Shown here piece after piece: positions 8,342 through 19,578 of a DNA stretch of 64,000 bases (positions are counted from its first letter, which is position 1; each line of letters opens with the position of its first letter). A program made the translations under genes and the position numbers. This DNA comes from a virus. Lineage: Duplodnaviria; Caudoviricetes. Where the stretch lies: IMG/VR virus record IMGVR_UViG_3300046170_000302; one strand, given 5' to 3'. A model generated the notes under the pieces. The model saw nothing but the letters and a program-made list of their open reading frames with translations, did no database searches and was not told the DNA's origin.

Positions 8342-9696
8342 TAGAATCCAGTGCCTCCTGCATTTTGTTGTTCGTCTGCGTAGATAGGAACGATTTCTTG
8401 GAACGTCATAGTTACGTCGTATCCAGTCATGGCACCATCTTGATATGTCATGTAACTATTATCTGGGGTATAGTTAACATTGAACCCTGATAACATACAA
8501 GGTTTCATCCTATTCATAAATGGGTGATCTTCTCCACCGTTGTGAATGTATTTGATAGTGAAGATGTTTGGAGTTTTTAGGAACATCTCTGTAGCTGACC
8601 TTTGGACAGCCATATTTCTTTTAAAGATTCTAATAATCTCTTTAACTGCTACTGATTCATCTTCAAATCTAGGTCTAAACTGAAAAGCGAAGTTAAAAGT
8701 TCTCAGGTTTGGTCCTTTGAATAATAACTCCATATTTGGATTGAGAACAGAACCTGTGGATCTAGTAAGAAGACCTGGAGCCTGTGCTGCTTGTCCAGCA
8801 AAATAAGCTATAATTTGAGTTCTGATTGCACTGTCTGCTTTTAAAAGATTATCTAATTCTTCTTTACTTTGACTAGCAAATGCACCCAAACCAGCAACCA
8901 TTCCTTCACCACTAGTTACATTAAGAGTCTTCAGTGCAATATTTCCAGCAGCTTGTTGAATCATATTCATACTATCACTACCAAAAGTAACAGAGTTAGA
9001 TTCTTCTCTTCCAGGTAACATTGGGAGACTGATAGTTTCTAATGCATTGCCTAGTCTTTCTGTTCCAGTTGAAGTTGTTAGATTCTCTAATCCACCAGCT
9101 TTATATTCATGAGCTGTGAATGTAACAAAATCATATCCAAGATCTGGAATCTGTCCCAGTGGATATCTTAGATTCTGTCCAGGAACAGAACCAATAGGTT
9201 TTTCTGCTATTGGTTTTAATTCAAAACTATCACTATCTTCTTCTTCTCCTTGATTTTTATCAGGATCCTCTACATTAATGCCCTGACTATTATTCTTAAG
9301 ACCTGTTTCTGGATTAAACACTCCAGGTATTCCATTCTCAGAAAAAGATACTTTATTTCTTACAGCTTGTGATACACCAGTATAGTTTTCATCGTTATTT
9401 AGAACGGCAGCTCTATCATTGTTGAATAACTTTGTTCCTTCTGTAAAAAACTTTTTATTAAAATCTTCTGGTTTAAGATCAGGTTTACCCTGAGTTCTCT
9501 GTTTGTTATTATATCTGCGACGAAATCCTGCTTGATCATTGTAAGACCACTTTCCTTTTCCATCACCAGTCGCTAAAAGATCTCCCTGAGTTCCAAGAAA
9601 GGAACCAGATCTAAGTTCGATAACACCAGTGTCGGTATCAGTGGTTTCTTCTACTGGTAGACCATTCCAAACTCTAGTGGTCTTAACTTTGGCCAT
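8341..9696 (-). CDS. 48: Baseplate tail-tube cap gp48
   Basis: LRYPL, NPNMELLFKGPNLRTFNFAFQFRPR, FLKTPNIF, VNYTPD, MTFQEIVPIY. Confidence 0.85.
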   Translation of the reverse strand: MAKVKTTRVWNGLPVEETTDTDTGVIELRSGSFLGTQGDLLATGDGKGKWSYNDQAGFRRRYNNKQRTQGKPDLKPEDFNKKFFTEGTKLFNNDRAAVLNNDENYTGVSQAVRNKVSFSENGIPGVFNPETGLKNNSQGINVEDPDKNQGEEEDSDSFELKPIAEKPIGSVPGQNLRYPLGQIPDLGYDFVTFTAHEYKAGGLENLTTSTGTERLGNALETISLPMLPGREESNSVTFGSDSMNMIQQAAGNIALKTLNVTSGEGMVAGLGAFASQSKEELDNLLKADSAIRTQIIAYFAGQAAQAPGLLTRSTGSVLNPNMELLFKGPNLRTFNFAFQFRPRFEDESVAVKEIIRIFKRNMAVQRSATEMFLKTPNIFTIKYIHNGGEDHPFMNRMKPCMLSGFNVNYTPDNSYMTYQDGAMTGYDVTMTFQEIVPIYADEQQNAGGTGF

Positions 9697-9708
9697 TTGG
9701 ATTATACC

Positions 9709-10104
9709 TTACGAGTTATTTATCTTGTAGTTTTGATATGGAATACTTCTCAGGTCTTCCAACTCTGATGGATACACTAGGTATGGGTTAGTAACTAGCT
9801 CTTCCCAAGTATAATTACGATAGTCTCCCCAGTGATAGTTGATACCTGAGAACCCCCACTGATATACACCAGTACAAGCTATGAGAGGATTTGAATCATA
9901 TTCAATCCTAGGTGTCTTTGGTTTATAGGAGAAGGTGTAGTATGCACCAACCTGTGGTATTGGTGCAGGTGTATCAGTAAGAAGAGTGAGGATAGCTTCC
10001 ATCATTCTGTCAGATTCTCTTAAAATTCTGACATCATCTACGAGGCCGTTTATTCGACTGTCTTCTCCGTTGTACTCCTCCAGATCCAGTGCGTCTACTA
10101 TCAT
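9709..10104 (-). CDS. 2: DNA end-protector-like protein (gp2, short form)
   Basis: VGAYYTFSYKPKT..YDSNPLI...GFSGINYHW; synteny next to gp4. Confidence 0.6.
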   Translation of the reverse strand: MIVDALDLEEYNGEDSRINGLVDDVRILRESDRMMEAILTLLTDTPAPIPQVGAYYTFSYKPKTPRIEYDSNPLIACTGVYQWGFSGINYHWGDYRNYTWEELVTNPYLVYPSELEDLRSIPYQNYKINNS

Positions 10105-10549
10105 GTTGTTTGATACCTAACTCATCCTCTGTGATGATTCTAAATTCAATACCATTATCTTTAGCAAACTCTGTAGCTGCTGCCCACTTAGCCATATTCT
10201 TTTCATACATTGAAGCTTCATAAAGAAATGATTTAGTAACACGAACACCTGGTTTGGGTGGTTGTGTTTGTTTCTTTGGTTTAACTTCTATAATTTGTTT
10301 CTTTACCTTACCAGATGAATCACGAAACTCAATCAGATAGTCTGGATAATATCTATGTAATCTTCCATCTACTGGTGAGATGTAAGGGATACTAAACTCT
10401 TCTGAAGCCCACCTAAGTATGTTGGGATTGGTATCACACCACTTACAAAACACCCTTTCCCATGAGGAACGACAGATGATGTTATTGGGATTGCCTTGAT
10501 ACTTCTCAGGGTGAGAAGGTTTATACTTTGACTTTACGAATTGTCCCAA
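10034..10549 (-). CDS. 4: Head completion nuclease gp4
   Basis: KYQGNPNNIICRSSWE, WASEE..IPY, YYPDY, EVKPKKQT, NMAKWAAA, ITEDELG; the last ~25 aa overlap gp2 and may not be genuine. Confidence 0.9.
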   Translation of the reverse strand: MGQFVKSKYKPSHPEKYQGNPNNIICRSSWERVFCKWCDTNPNILRWASEEFSIPYISPVDGRLHRYYPDYLIEFRDSSGKVKKQIIEVKPKKQTQPPKPGVRVTKSFLYEASMYEKNMAKWAAATEFAKDNGIEFRIITEDELGIKQHDSRRTGSGGVQRRRQSNKRPRR

Positions 10550-10580
10550 AACTCATATACATAGTAATAGTAATCAAGTA

Positions 10581-10588
10581 TATTTATA
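10581..10588 (-). promoter_or_regulatory. T4-type late promoter for the gp4-gp2-gp48-gp53 unit
   Basis: Reverse complement reads TATAAATA, just upstream of gp4. Confidence 0.55.
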
Positions 10589-10589
10589 G

Positions 10590-11300
10590 ATGGCTATCGG
10601 ACCCATCAAAACATCAGATCTGAAGAGTCGTATACTTCAACTTGCTCAGACATCCGTATATCAAATCAAGTTAGCACCTCCTGATGCTGTTAAGACACAC
10701 CTTAACTTGAATGGATTTAATTATGATAATGATGGTGAGAATATAGAACTATTATGTAATAGTGCTGTTTTACCTGGAACTAGTTTATCAACACATGAAG
10801 TGATCGGTGATTATCAAGGTGTTCGTGAGAGGATGGCCTATCGCCGTCAGTATGATGATACAGTTGATCTAACATTCTATGTTGATCATGACTACAAAGT
10901 TGTAGATTTCTTCAATGGTTGGATTGATTATATTTCTGGGCAAGGGAATGGTCAGAGACTAAGTAATGTTAATGCAAGGAAGTTTGGAGCAAACTACAGG
11001 ATGAATTATCCTGCTAGCTACAAAACTAATATGTATATTGTCAAGTTCGAAAAAGATGTATCGACAGTTCAACGAGTATTTGAATCTGATCCCACATCAT
11101 ATCAACTAACATATACACTAGTCAATTCCTTTCCAATTAACATCATTAGTACTCCTATTTCATATGAGGGAAGTCAGGTTCTCAAGTTTTCAGTATCAAT
11201 GAGTATGCAGAGATATACAATTGATAAATCTCAAATTATCGGTAGAGACGATTCACTTCTATCAGGAACAACCCTAGGAACAAGTGGCAATATTGCCTGA
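10590..11300 (+). CDS. Tail-tube-like protein (gp54/gp19 family, tail-tube initiator)
   Basis: LLCNSAVLPG, VDLTFYVDHDY, FFNGWIDYI, YTLVNSFPINI; divergent from gp4 and upstream of gp26. Confidence 0.7.
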   Translation: MAIGPIKTSDLKSRILQLAQTSVYQIKLAPPDAVKTHLNLNGFNYDNDGENIELLCNSAVLPGTSLSTHEVIGDYQGVRERMAYRRQYDDTVDLTFYVDHDYKVVDFFNGWIDYISGQGNGQRLSNVNARKFGANYRMNYPASYKTNMYIVKFEKDVSTVQRVFESDPTSYQLTYTLVNSFPINIISTPISYEGSQVLKFSVSMSMQRYTIDKSQIIGRDDSLLSGTTLGTSGNIA

Positions 11301-11331
11301 TAAATATACACACTGAGGTTTTTAGAATATT

Positions 11332-12052
11332 ATGCCTTTACCAAAAATTGCAACACCCACCTATGAGTTGGTGTTACCTTCCACAAAAAAAACTATTAGC
11401 TATCGTCCTTTCCTTGTGAAGGAAGAGAAACTTCTTGTTCTTGCTTTAGAAAGTGAAGATAGTAAACAGATCACAACCGCAGTTAAGGCTGTAATTAAAA
11501 ATTGTGTGACAACAAGAGGTGTAAAAGTAGATCAACTACCTACATTTGATATTGAGTATCTGTTCCTCAACATTCGTGGCAAATCTGTTGGAGAAGAAGT
11601 AGAAGTCAACATCACTGCCCCTGATGATGGTGAGACACAAATTCCTATCACTATTTCTCTTGATGAGATTAAAGTTGTAGAGAGTGAAGATCACAACAAA
11701 CAGATCAAACTTGATGATGAGTTGATGATGGAGATGAGGTATCCTTCATTGGATCAGTTCATTAAGAACAACTTCTCTGATACCGATGAGTTGAATATTG
11801 AGAAATCATTTGAACTGGTGGCAAGTTGTATTGATAAGATCTACAATGAAGATGAAGTATGGTCTACTTCTGACTGTACTAAGAAAGAAGTTGTCGAATT
11901 CCTTGAGGGTATGAACTCAATTCAATTTAAACAAATTGAGAAATTCTTTGAGACAATGCCTAAACTTTCACATACAGTTGAGGTAGTCAATCCTAAAACT
12001 AAAGAGAAGAGTACTATCGTATTAGAAGGGTCTCTCAAGTTTTTTCGCGTAG
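11332..12052 (+). CDS. 26: Baseplate hub assembly protein gp26
   Basis: MPLPKIATPTYEL, YRPFLVKEEKLL, FDIEYLFLNIRGKSVGE, FFETMPKLSH; removing one G at 12028-30 gives LEGLSSFFA with TAG at 12050-52. Confidence 0.88.
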
Positions 12053-12054
12053 CC

Positions 12055-12228
12055 ATGATCCACATGGATCTTGAGGCTTATTTTAAACTCAACTTCGCTT
12101 TGATGCAGTACCATAAATACTCATTGACAGAGATTGAAAATATGATGCCTTGGGAGCGTGATGTTTATGTCGCACTTCTCCAACAACACCTTGAGGAAGA
12201 AGAAGAAAAGGCTAAACAGAGGAGTTAA
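12055..12228 (+). CDS. 51: Baseplate hub assembly catalyst gp51
   Basis: MDLEAYFKLNFALMQYHKYSLTEIENMMPWERDVYVALL. Confidence 0.85.
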   Translation: MIHMDLEAYFKLNFALMQYHKYSLTEIENMMPWERDVYVALLQQHLEEEEEKAKQRS

Positions 12229-14943
12229 TGGCTTTAACAATCTACGAAGGAATTAAAGATGATCAACAAGTCGATGAGAATATCGATGAGGAGATCCTTC
12301 GCCTTCTTGGATTGGAAGATGTAAGTGACTTAGATTATGATGAATATAAAACTCTTCTGAAGGAGAGGATGGCTGCCGGTAGAATGCCAGGTAATGATAT
12401 CCCTACAGAAGATACAGAAAGACTTACGGAAGAATTCAAAAGAGTAAAGAAAGAGACTGGTAGATTTAAGGTAAAGAATAATAAGATCAAGTTTGATTCC
12501 GTAATTAAAGCAACAGAAAAAACAAGACCAGTATCTAATCCTACCAAGACATTGATGGGTAGTGATGTAGAACCTGAAGAAAAAGAAACTGAAGTTGAAG
12601 GTGAACCACAAGAAATGATGGGGTTTCTCACCGCAGTGGTGGCACCTAGTCTCTCAAAGATTGAAACAAGTCTTTTTAATATTCTTTCAAATCTAAGTAG
12701 TCAGCAACAAGCAGAAGATAAAGCCTCAGAAAAGGGTAGAGTTGCTGGTCAGAAGGCAAAGAAAAGAGATAAGGAAGAGAAACAAGAGTCAGGAAAAGGT
12801 CTCTTAGATGGTTTGGGAAATATAGGCAAGAAAGTTTTATCACCTCTATCTGGTCTTTTTAGTTCCATCTTTAAGTTTCTTTATAATATTGTTCTTGGTA
12901 TGTTGGCACTTGGGGTGCTTGAGTTCCTGAAAGATCCTGGTAAGATATTCAGAGATATTGGTAATTCAATTATTGATTTCTTCAATGGGTTTATAAAAAG
13001 TATATTTGATATTATATTTTTCCCCTATGAATACCTTTATCAACTTATTAAATGGTTCTATCAATGAATTTGAGTTTGCTATAAACAGTACTATAGGTAA
13101 GATACCTGGTATTCCTGATCTCAAACTTCCAGACATTCCAAATATAGAAGCCCCACAGATACCTAGGATTGAACCTCCCCCAGAGAAGACTGAAAAACCA
13201 AAAGATCCTGCTGCAAAAGTACCTATTCCTGCAACTGCCATGGCAGGTGGTGGCGAAGTTACTAATGTCACCAATAATAATACTACCAATAATAATATTA
13301 TTGATGGTAATAGTGGGGCTACTAATAAGTATTACCAACTTATGGAAGGCGGTGGTAAAGTTAGAACTGATAGTGGAGAGAAGGTTACAGGTGCTGGTCC
13401 TGATACACAACTGGTAGCACTCCAACCTGGTGAATCAGTTATGCAGGTAGGTGCAAGAGAAAGACAGATAGAATCTACTGGTATTGATCCATTATCATTT
13501 AATGTTGGACCTAATGCCAATAAACCTAAGATGGCAAAGGTTCAGAGTGCCTCTGGTGGAGGGTTGATTCCTGCTATGTCTGGTGGTGGTTATGTTGGAG
13601 CGAGTAATGTTGTTGACACTGGATATCAAGACTACAAAGGTAGGCCAGTTATGTTGGCACCACCTGCAGCATCTGCATTCAAACAGATGGTTAGTGATGG
13701 AATGCCATACAATCCTGCTGATGTCGCAAATGTTTATAGAGACAAAGCTGAGTACAATAGATTAAAAAGTCAAGGATATAGTCCAGCTTCAAATAGTTTC
13801 CACAACCATGGTGAAGCTGCTGATATTCATGGTGCAATGAACACCTGGATTAGAAAAAATGGTGCTAAGTATGGGTGGAGAGCTAATGATTATAGTGGAT
13901 CACATGGTGGTCACTTTGAATACAAAGGTGGTGGTAAAACTCAAGTAGATCCTCAAGAGACTGTAACAGGTAAACCTAAATCATCTAGTGGTGGAGGAGG
14001 AAGTAACAAAGGAAGATGGGGTCCTATTCTTGACCTAATCGCTGAGGGGGAATCAGATACATCTGGTGGATATGATGCTATGAATCCTGGTAGAAATACA
14101 AAAGCTGAGGGCAAACCAATCACTCAGATGACTATGAAACAGGTCAGAGATATGGCTATGAGTTCTACCAAGGGAACAGGTGCAGCTGGTAGGTATCAAA
14201 TTATGCCAGTATATAATGGTGTGAATGTATTCAAACAACTAGTAGAGTCTGTTGGTCTAAACTATGAGACAGATTTATTCTCACCTGCAAATCAGGACAA
14301 GATGGGAATCTATCGTTTAGCAGTGACCAGAGGAGGAAATGATTGGTTATCTGGTAAGATGTCAGATGAAGCTTTTGGTAAAGGAATATCTTATGAGTGG
14401 GCAGCACTCAAGAGTAAGTCTGGTGGTGCCTATGATGGTGATGGTAGAAATAAATCTACCATTGGATATAATAGAGTACTCAAAGCAATGGGTGATGTAA
14501 AGAGTGGTAAGGGTGTTAGTACAGAAGATTTGAGAACTCCAAATCAGACACCTGGATCTTCTGGACTACCTCAAGTAAGTACAAGTTCTTCAACACCTGC
14601 GCCCGCACTGGACTTTTCACCCATTGCTGAGATGGCAGGAACACCTGGTGTTAATAATCAATCATCAGGACCAAGTACCTCAGACCTGACTGTTCCAAGT
14701 ATGACACCTGGCAGTTCTTCACTACCGATAGTGTCACCTAAAGTAAAACCATCATCAAGATCTAACATACAACCACCCAAGTCTCGAACTGGATCAGGTG
14801 GTATTGTTCCTCTACCTATACCAGGACAAAAACAACCAACTTCTAGTTCTGGTGGAAACCAAACAGATGCACCCATGTTCTCATCAACAGATCAGAATAA
14901 TCCAGAGTTGTTGGTCATCAAATCCATTTATAATATCGTATAA
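12228..14943 (+). CDS. Tape-measure/baseplate-hub-like virion protein with peptidase M15-like and lysozyme-like domains; frameshifted near 13024
   Basis: Coiled-coil N-terminus and hydrophobic segments; SFHNHGEAAD...HFEY (M15-like); IAEGES...AAGRYQ...EWAAL (lysozyme-like). Confidence 0.65.
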
Positions 14944-17900
14944 TGGCTGTAATATCAGGATCTATAGCAGCTCTTACAGCTGCATCTAAAGTCTTGGCCG
15001 GAACGATGACCAAGAAGGCAGTGATGGATGGTGCCAAGAAGTTTATAAAAGGTAAGACTAAGAATGCTGTAAAGAATAGAGTTACTGGTAAGGGTAGAAA
15101 GAAAAAGAAAGGAAAGGGTGGAGAAGGTGGAACTGAAGAACCTGGTGCAATCACAAAGGTTGGTTCATCTGATATCATACCAACATCACCTATGTTTGGT
15201 GGGTTGGCTCTTCCTGATCCTGTAGAACCAAAAGTTCAAACAGTAAAACCAGTAGGTAAGGTTTCATTCACATCCATCACTAATCAGTTGGATAGTATTG
15301 TATCTCTCACTGGATCAATTGAATCTGTTACTGGAAAAGGTATTGCGTCCAAGAAGAAGAGGGCAGCTACTGCAAGAAAGGATAGAGAGAAGGCAAAGAA
15401 GAGAGAGAAGGAGAATAAGAGAGAGGGTATTCTGGCTGGTGTTGGTGGTTTCTTATTGAACCAAGGTAAAAAAGCTGGTGAAGGGTTAGGTATCTTTAAC
15501 TTCTTTACACAGTTATTCTTAGGGTTTGTTGCACTCTCATTACTCAAGTTTGCCAGACCAATCATGTCTGGTATTGAGTTTGCAACCAAAAATCTTCACC
15601 TAACATTCTTAGGATTTAAAGGTCTGAATGAAACATTCAAACTACTTGGACCTAAGGTATCCAAGTTCTTTAAAGATGGTCTTACTAAGTTAAAGAATTT
15701 CAAACCAAATATCTGGGGTAAGATTGGGAATGGTATTAAGGCTACCTTTAAAGCTCTAGGTAAAGTTCTTCCTGGTTTTATTACTAGGGGAGTAGAGAAG
15801 ATTGCTGATATATCCAAGGCAATCGGTAATGCAGCAAAGGCAGCAGGTAGAGCTGCTACATTCAATACAAGAACACAACAACTAGGAAGAACATCAGGAG
15901 CATTAGATAGACTTACTAATAGAGGTGGTGCTGGTGCTGGTCGTAACCTTGGTATTGGTGAGGGTTTTAGAAGACTTCCTGGTGGTTCTGGAAGAATAAC
16001 CAACACTCTGAGTAAGAAAACCTTACAGATACGAGCACAACATGGCGATGAAGCTGCCAGAATGTTCCAAGGCCTGCTTGATAATGGTGTAGATCCTGCA
16101 AGAGCAACTAGAAATGTTAACAAGGCAATAAGTTCTGGCAAACTAACATCTATCCCTATGAAGGGATCCCTTGGTGGTGGTATTAAAGGAAGCCAACTCT
16201 TTAAAGGTGGTGCTAATAGATCTCTGAACAGAGGTTTGATTAAAACCTTTGGAAAGAATAAGATTACGAAGGGAATTGTGAATAGTGGTGGACTACTGGC
16301 AACCAAGTCAGGTATGTCTAGAATACCTATTGTTGGTCCTCTGATTGTTGCTATCACTACTTATTTTGAAGATGCTGATGGTGATGGTAAACCAGATAAG
16401 AACCTTGATAAAACTTTGTTTAAAACCGGTGGTACCTTTTTGGGTGGTTTCTTAGGAACCTTCCTTCCTATTCCTATTCTTGGAACCATTCTTGGTGAGT
16501 TGATTGGTGAGTATGTTGGTGAGTTGTTCTATATTCTACTTAAAGGTGGTGGAGTTAGTGAGGTTGGTAACAAGTTAAAAGAAGATATTGCGGCTGTTCT
16601 TCAAACAGGACAAAAGGTTCTTGGTTGGGCTGGTGATGGTTTCAAGAGAATGTATGAGGGTATTCCTAAGTGGACAATGCCTGATTTTGGAGCCCTTAAT
16701 AATATCGTATATGGGCCAGTCAATTTGCTCCTAAATGCGACAATGGGAAAAGGAATACAAGATGTTGAAATTCCAAATCCTTTTTGGATGTTGAACCCTC
16801 TCAATGTAATGGATAAAGCTGCTATGGTTGGTAAGGCTTTCTTCAGTAGAGATCCAATGATTCCTGGTAATATTAAGAAGGGTCAAGGAGATCTAACCAA
16901 TGCCTCTGGACAGACTGGTGTTATGTCAGAACAGGCTAAAGAGATATCTGAAGGTAAATACTATCTTCAACCGGGAGTTGGATACTTTAGAACTGGTGGA
17001 GATGGTGGTTTCGTAGGTAATACTGAAGAGGAAGCCATCAGTAATACTTCTCCTGATAGTCCACCTGCTTCAACAGATGAATCTGTTGGTGGAATTGGTG
17101 ATGCAAGGACTGAAACAAAATCAACAAACGTCGGGGATTTAATCATCGCTGGTGCAAGAAAAATTATAGGCCTAGGAAAAGGTGTTGTTGATCAATGCGC
17201 TAACACTACTCGTGCTGCGTTAAAAGCAGCAGGGAATCCTAACGCTAAAAAAGTGACACAAAAAGGTGACTTAGATACTCCAAAGGGAACTGCGTATAAT
17301 GCTCCATCCTTCGCAGCATCCTTTGGTGGAACTGACATGGGTAAGATTATTACTCAGAAATCTAAGATTAAAAAAGGAGACATGCTTCTTTGGAAAGCAG
17401 ATGTAGATAAGGGAGGAATCGTCAATAAAGGTGCAATTACTCATGTTGGGATTGCTGCTGATGATGGACTAAAACATCAGTACGATCACAATACAAGTAA
17501 AGGATTTCATTATCGTCCACATTGGGATTCTTATGGAGGAACTTCATGGTTTGCTGGTGTCAGATTGGGCGAAAGTGGTGGTATGACTCCTTCAAAAATG
17601 GGTGAGGATGATCAATCAAGTGGCAATGATCCTATTGAACCAGGAGATCCTAGAACTAGTTTATCATCTGAATCACCTAAAGTAGACACCTCAATACCTT
17701 TAAATTCATTTAAATTCTCATCCATTGATAAGAAGGCAGGAACACCTTACGCAGGTATCTCAACTGCTGCTGATTATGAAAAAGCTCTCAAGAAGTATGA
17801 GGCCAGAAAGGATACTCCTGTAAAGGCAGAAGTTACTCCTACAGAAACTATGACTGGTCAAGATGTAAAACCAGTTGATCCTCCCTGAGACGAAGAAACC

Positions 17901-18283
17901 TGAAAGGTCTGACTACACAGGTAGATCTGGTGCATGCCAGATTATGAAGAGGATATGAAAGAGTATAACTCACAACAGAAGGAAGAACCAAAGATCACTC
18001 CAACTGATACACCAGAAGGCTCCAGGTCAAACACCAGAACCATCAACACCTACGATCACACCACAGAAAGGCACCAACTCAGAATATTGGTAGTGTTGAG
18101 AAACAAGCTTCATATGAAAACCCTGGCGAAGGATCACCAACTATTGTTCCATTACCACCCCCACAACAATCATCAGGAGGTGGTGGAGGTGGCAAATCCT
18201 CTACTGGATCAACAGGTTCTGGAAACCTGTTAAATAGTTATTATGAAGCACAACTCTTAGGGTCCTTGTATAAAGTAGGTTAA
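14943..18283 (+). CDS. Second tape-measure-like virion protein with an NlpC/P60- or CHAP-like domain; frameshifts near 17885-18075
   Basis: Ala/Gly/Lys-rich helical repeats, hydrophobic GxxxG stretches, DQCA...HVGI; the terminal frame reads NLLNSYYEAQLLGSLYKVG, TAA 18281-83. Confidence 0.6.
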
Positions 18284-19570
18284 TGTCAGAAAAAGATCTA
18301 TCACAAGCAGGTAATATTGAATCATTTCAGATCAACTCCAATACTGGAGGTGGATCTGTAGATCTTTCTGCTGGTGTGGTAGAATATAATTACTATGAGA
18401 GTGTTCTTTCAAATACAATATCTGCCAGTGCAACTATTGTTGAAACAGGCAATGAAGCCGATGGTCCTGGTAGAGGATCTTTGGATGGTCTACCCATCAG
18501 AGGTGGTGAGAGAGCACAGATTAAGATAAGTGATAATCAGGGTGGAACACTAGAGGTTCCTTTGTATGTGAACAGAGGCAAGAGATGCTATCCCTGGAAC
18601 ACAACAGGACTTGTATGTTCTTGACTTCGCCTCTCAAGAATACTTTGCTAATACACAGACCAGAGTTACTAAAAGATATGAAGGTAAGATATCTGATCAC
18701 ATCAGTTCTATTCTAGGTGATGTTCTTCCTGTGTCTGGTGAGGTTGATGTAGACGAAACATCACTGGAGTATAACTTTATTGGTAATGATAGAAAACCAT
18801 TTTATGTTTGTACTTGGCTAGCATCAAAGTCTGTTCCTGCACAGGGTGTAGGTGGTGCAGCTGGTTTCTTATTCTTTCAAACCAGAGAAGGGTTTCACTT
18901 TAAATCTATTGATAATTTGTTCAGAGGATCATCAGTAAAGAAGTTTAATTACAATAACACTGGTAATAAAGTTAAAGGTAAAGATAACAACATTCTAAAC
19001 TATACTATCGAAAGTGATACTGAACTACACCAGAACCTCACACTGGGAACTTATAATAACAAATCAATTTTCTTTGACTTCTTAGCTATGAATTACAGAG
19101 AGGTTTCATATAGTATTGAGCAACAATCGAGTGATGTTGAGGTTGCTGGTAGAAAAGGTGATGACTATAGTTTTGTAGCAAAAGAATTCACAAGAACACC
19201 ATCTAGATTTATGACTCACATTCTGGACATTGGTGTGAATCCAAAAGGAACTGGAGACGCACAACTCGATAATCAGAAAGCCAATCCTGGAGAACCAAAT
19301 TTCCAAGCTGAAGATACTGCGGTTCAGAGTATAATGAGATATAATCAGTTGTTCAGTGTAAAGGCACAAATAACTATCGCTGGTGATTTTAGTATTAAAG
19401 CTGGTGATCTAGTTGAATGTAGTTTTCCTGAGTTGTCCGGTGCTGATCTAACTAATACCAATGATCAAAGTGGAGGCATATATATGGTAGCACATGTGTG
19501 TCATAGGATTACTCCACAGTCAACTTTTACCAGTCTTGGTTTGGTAAGAGACTCATATGGCGAGAGGTAA
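18283..19570 (+). CDS. Baseplate hub protein (gp27-like position), frameshifted near 18577
   Basis: Directly upstream of gp5; ITIAGDFSIKAGDLV and SGGIYMVAHVCH resemble hub-protein C-termini; removing one G joins the two ORFs. Confidence 0.55.
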
Positions 19571-19578
19571 AATTTTTA

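Noticed and set aside
10034-10110. Arg-rich C-terminal extension of gp4
   Set aside because: It overlaps gp2 and looks like alternate-frame text; it cannot be separated from a local indel or a lost stop.
11332-12228. gp26-gp51 as a genomically fused gene
   Set aside because: Better explained by one extra G at 12028-30; the underlying slippery site is reported as a finding instead.
15284-16804. Long antisense ORFs (up to 253 aa) opposite the tape-measure-like gene
   Set aside because: Expected shadows of biased codon usage; no SD, promoter or recognisable motif.
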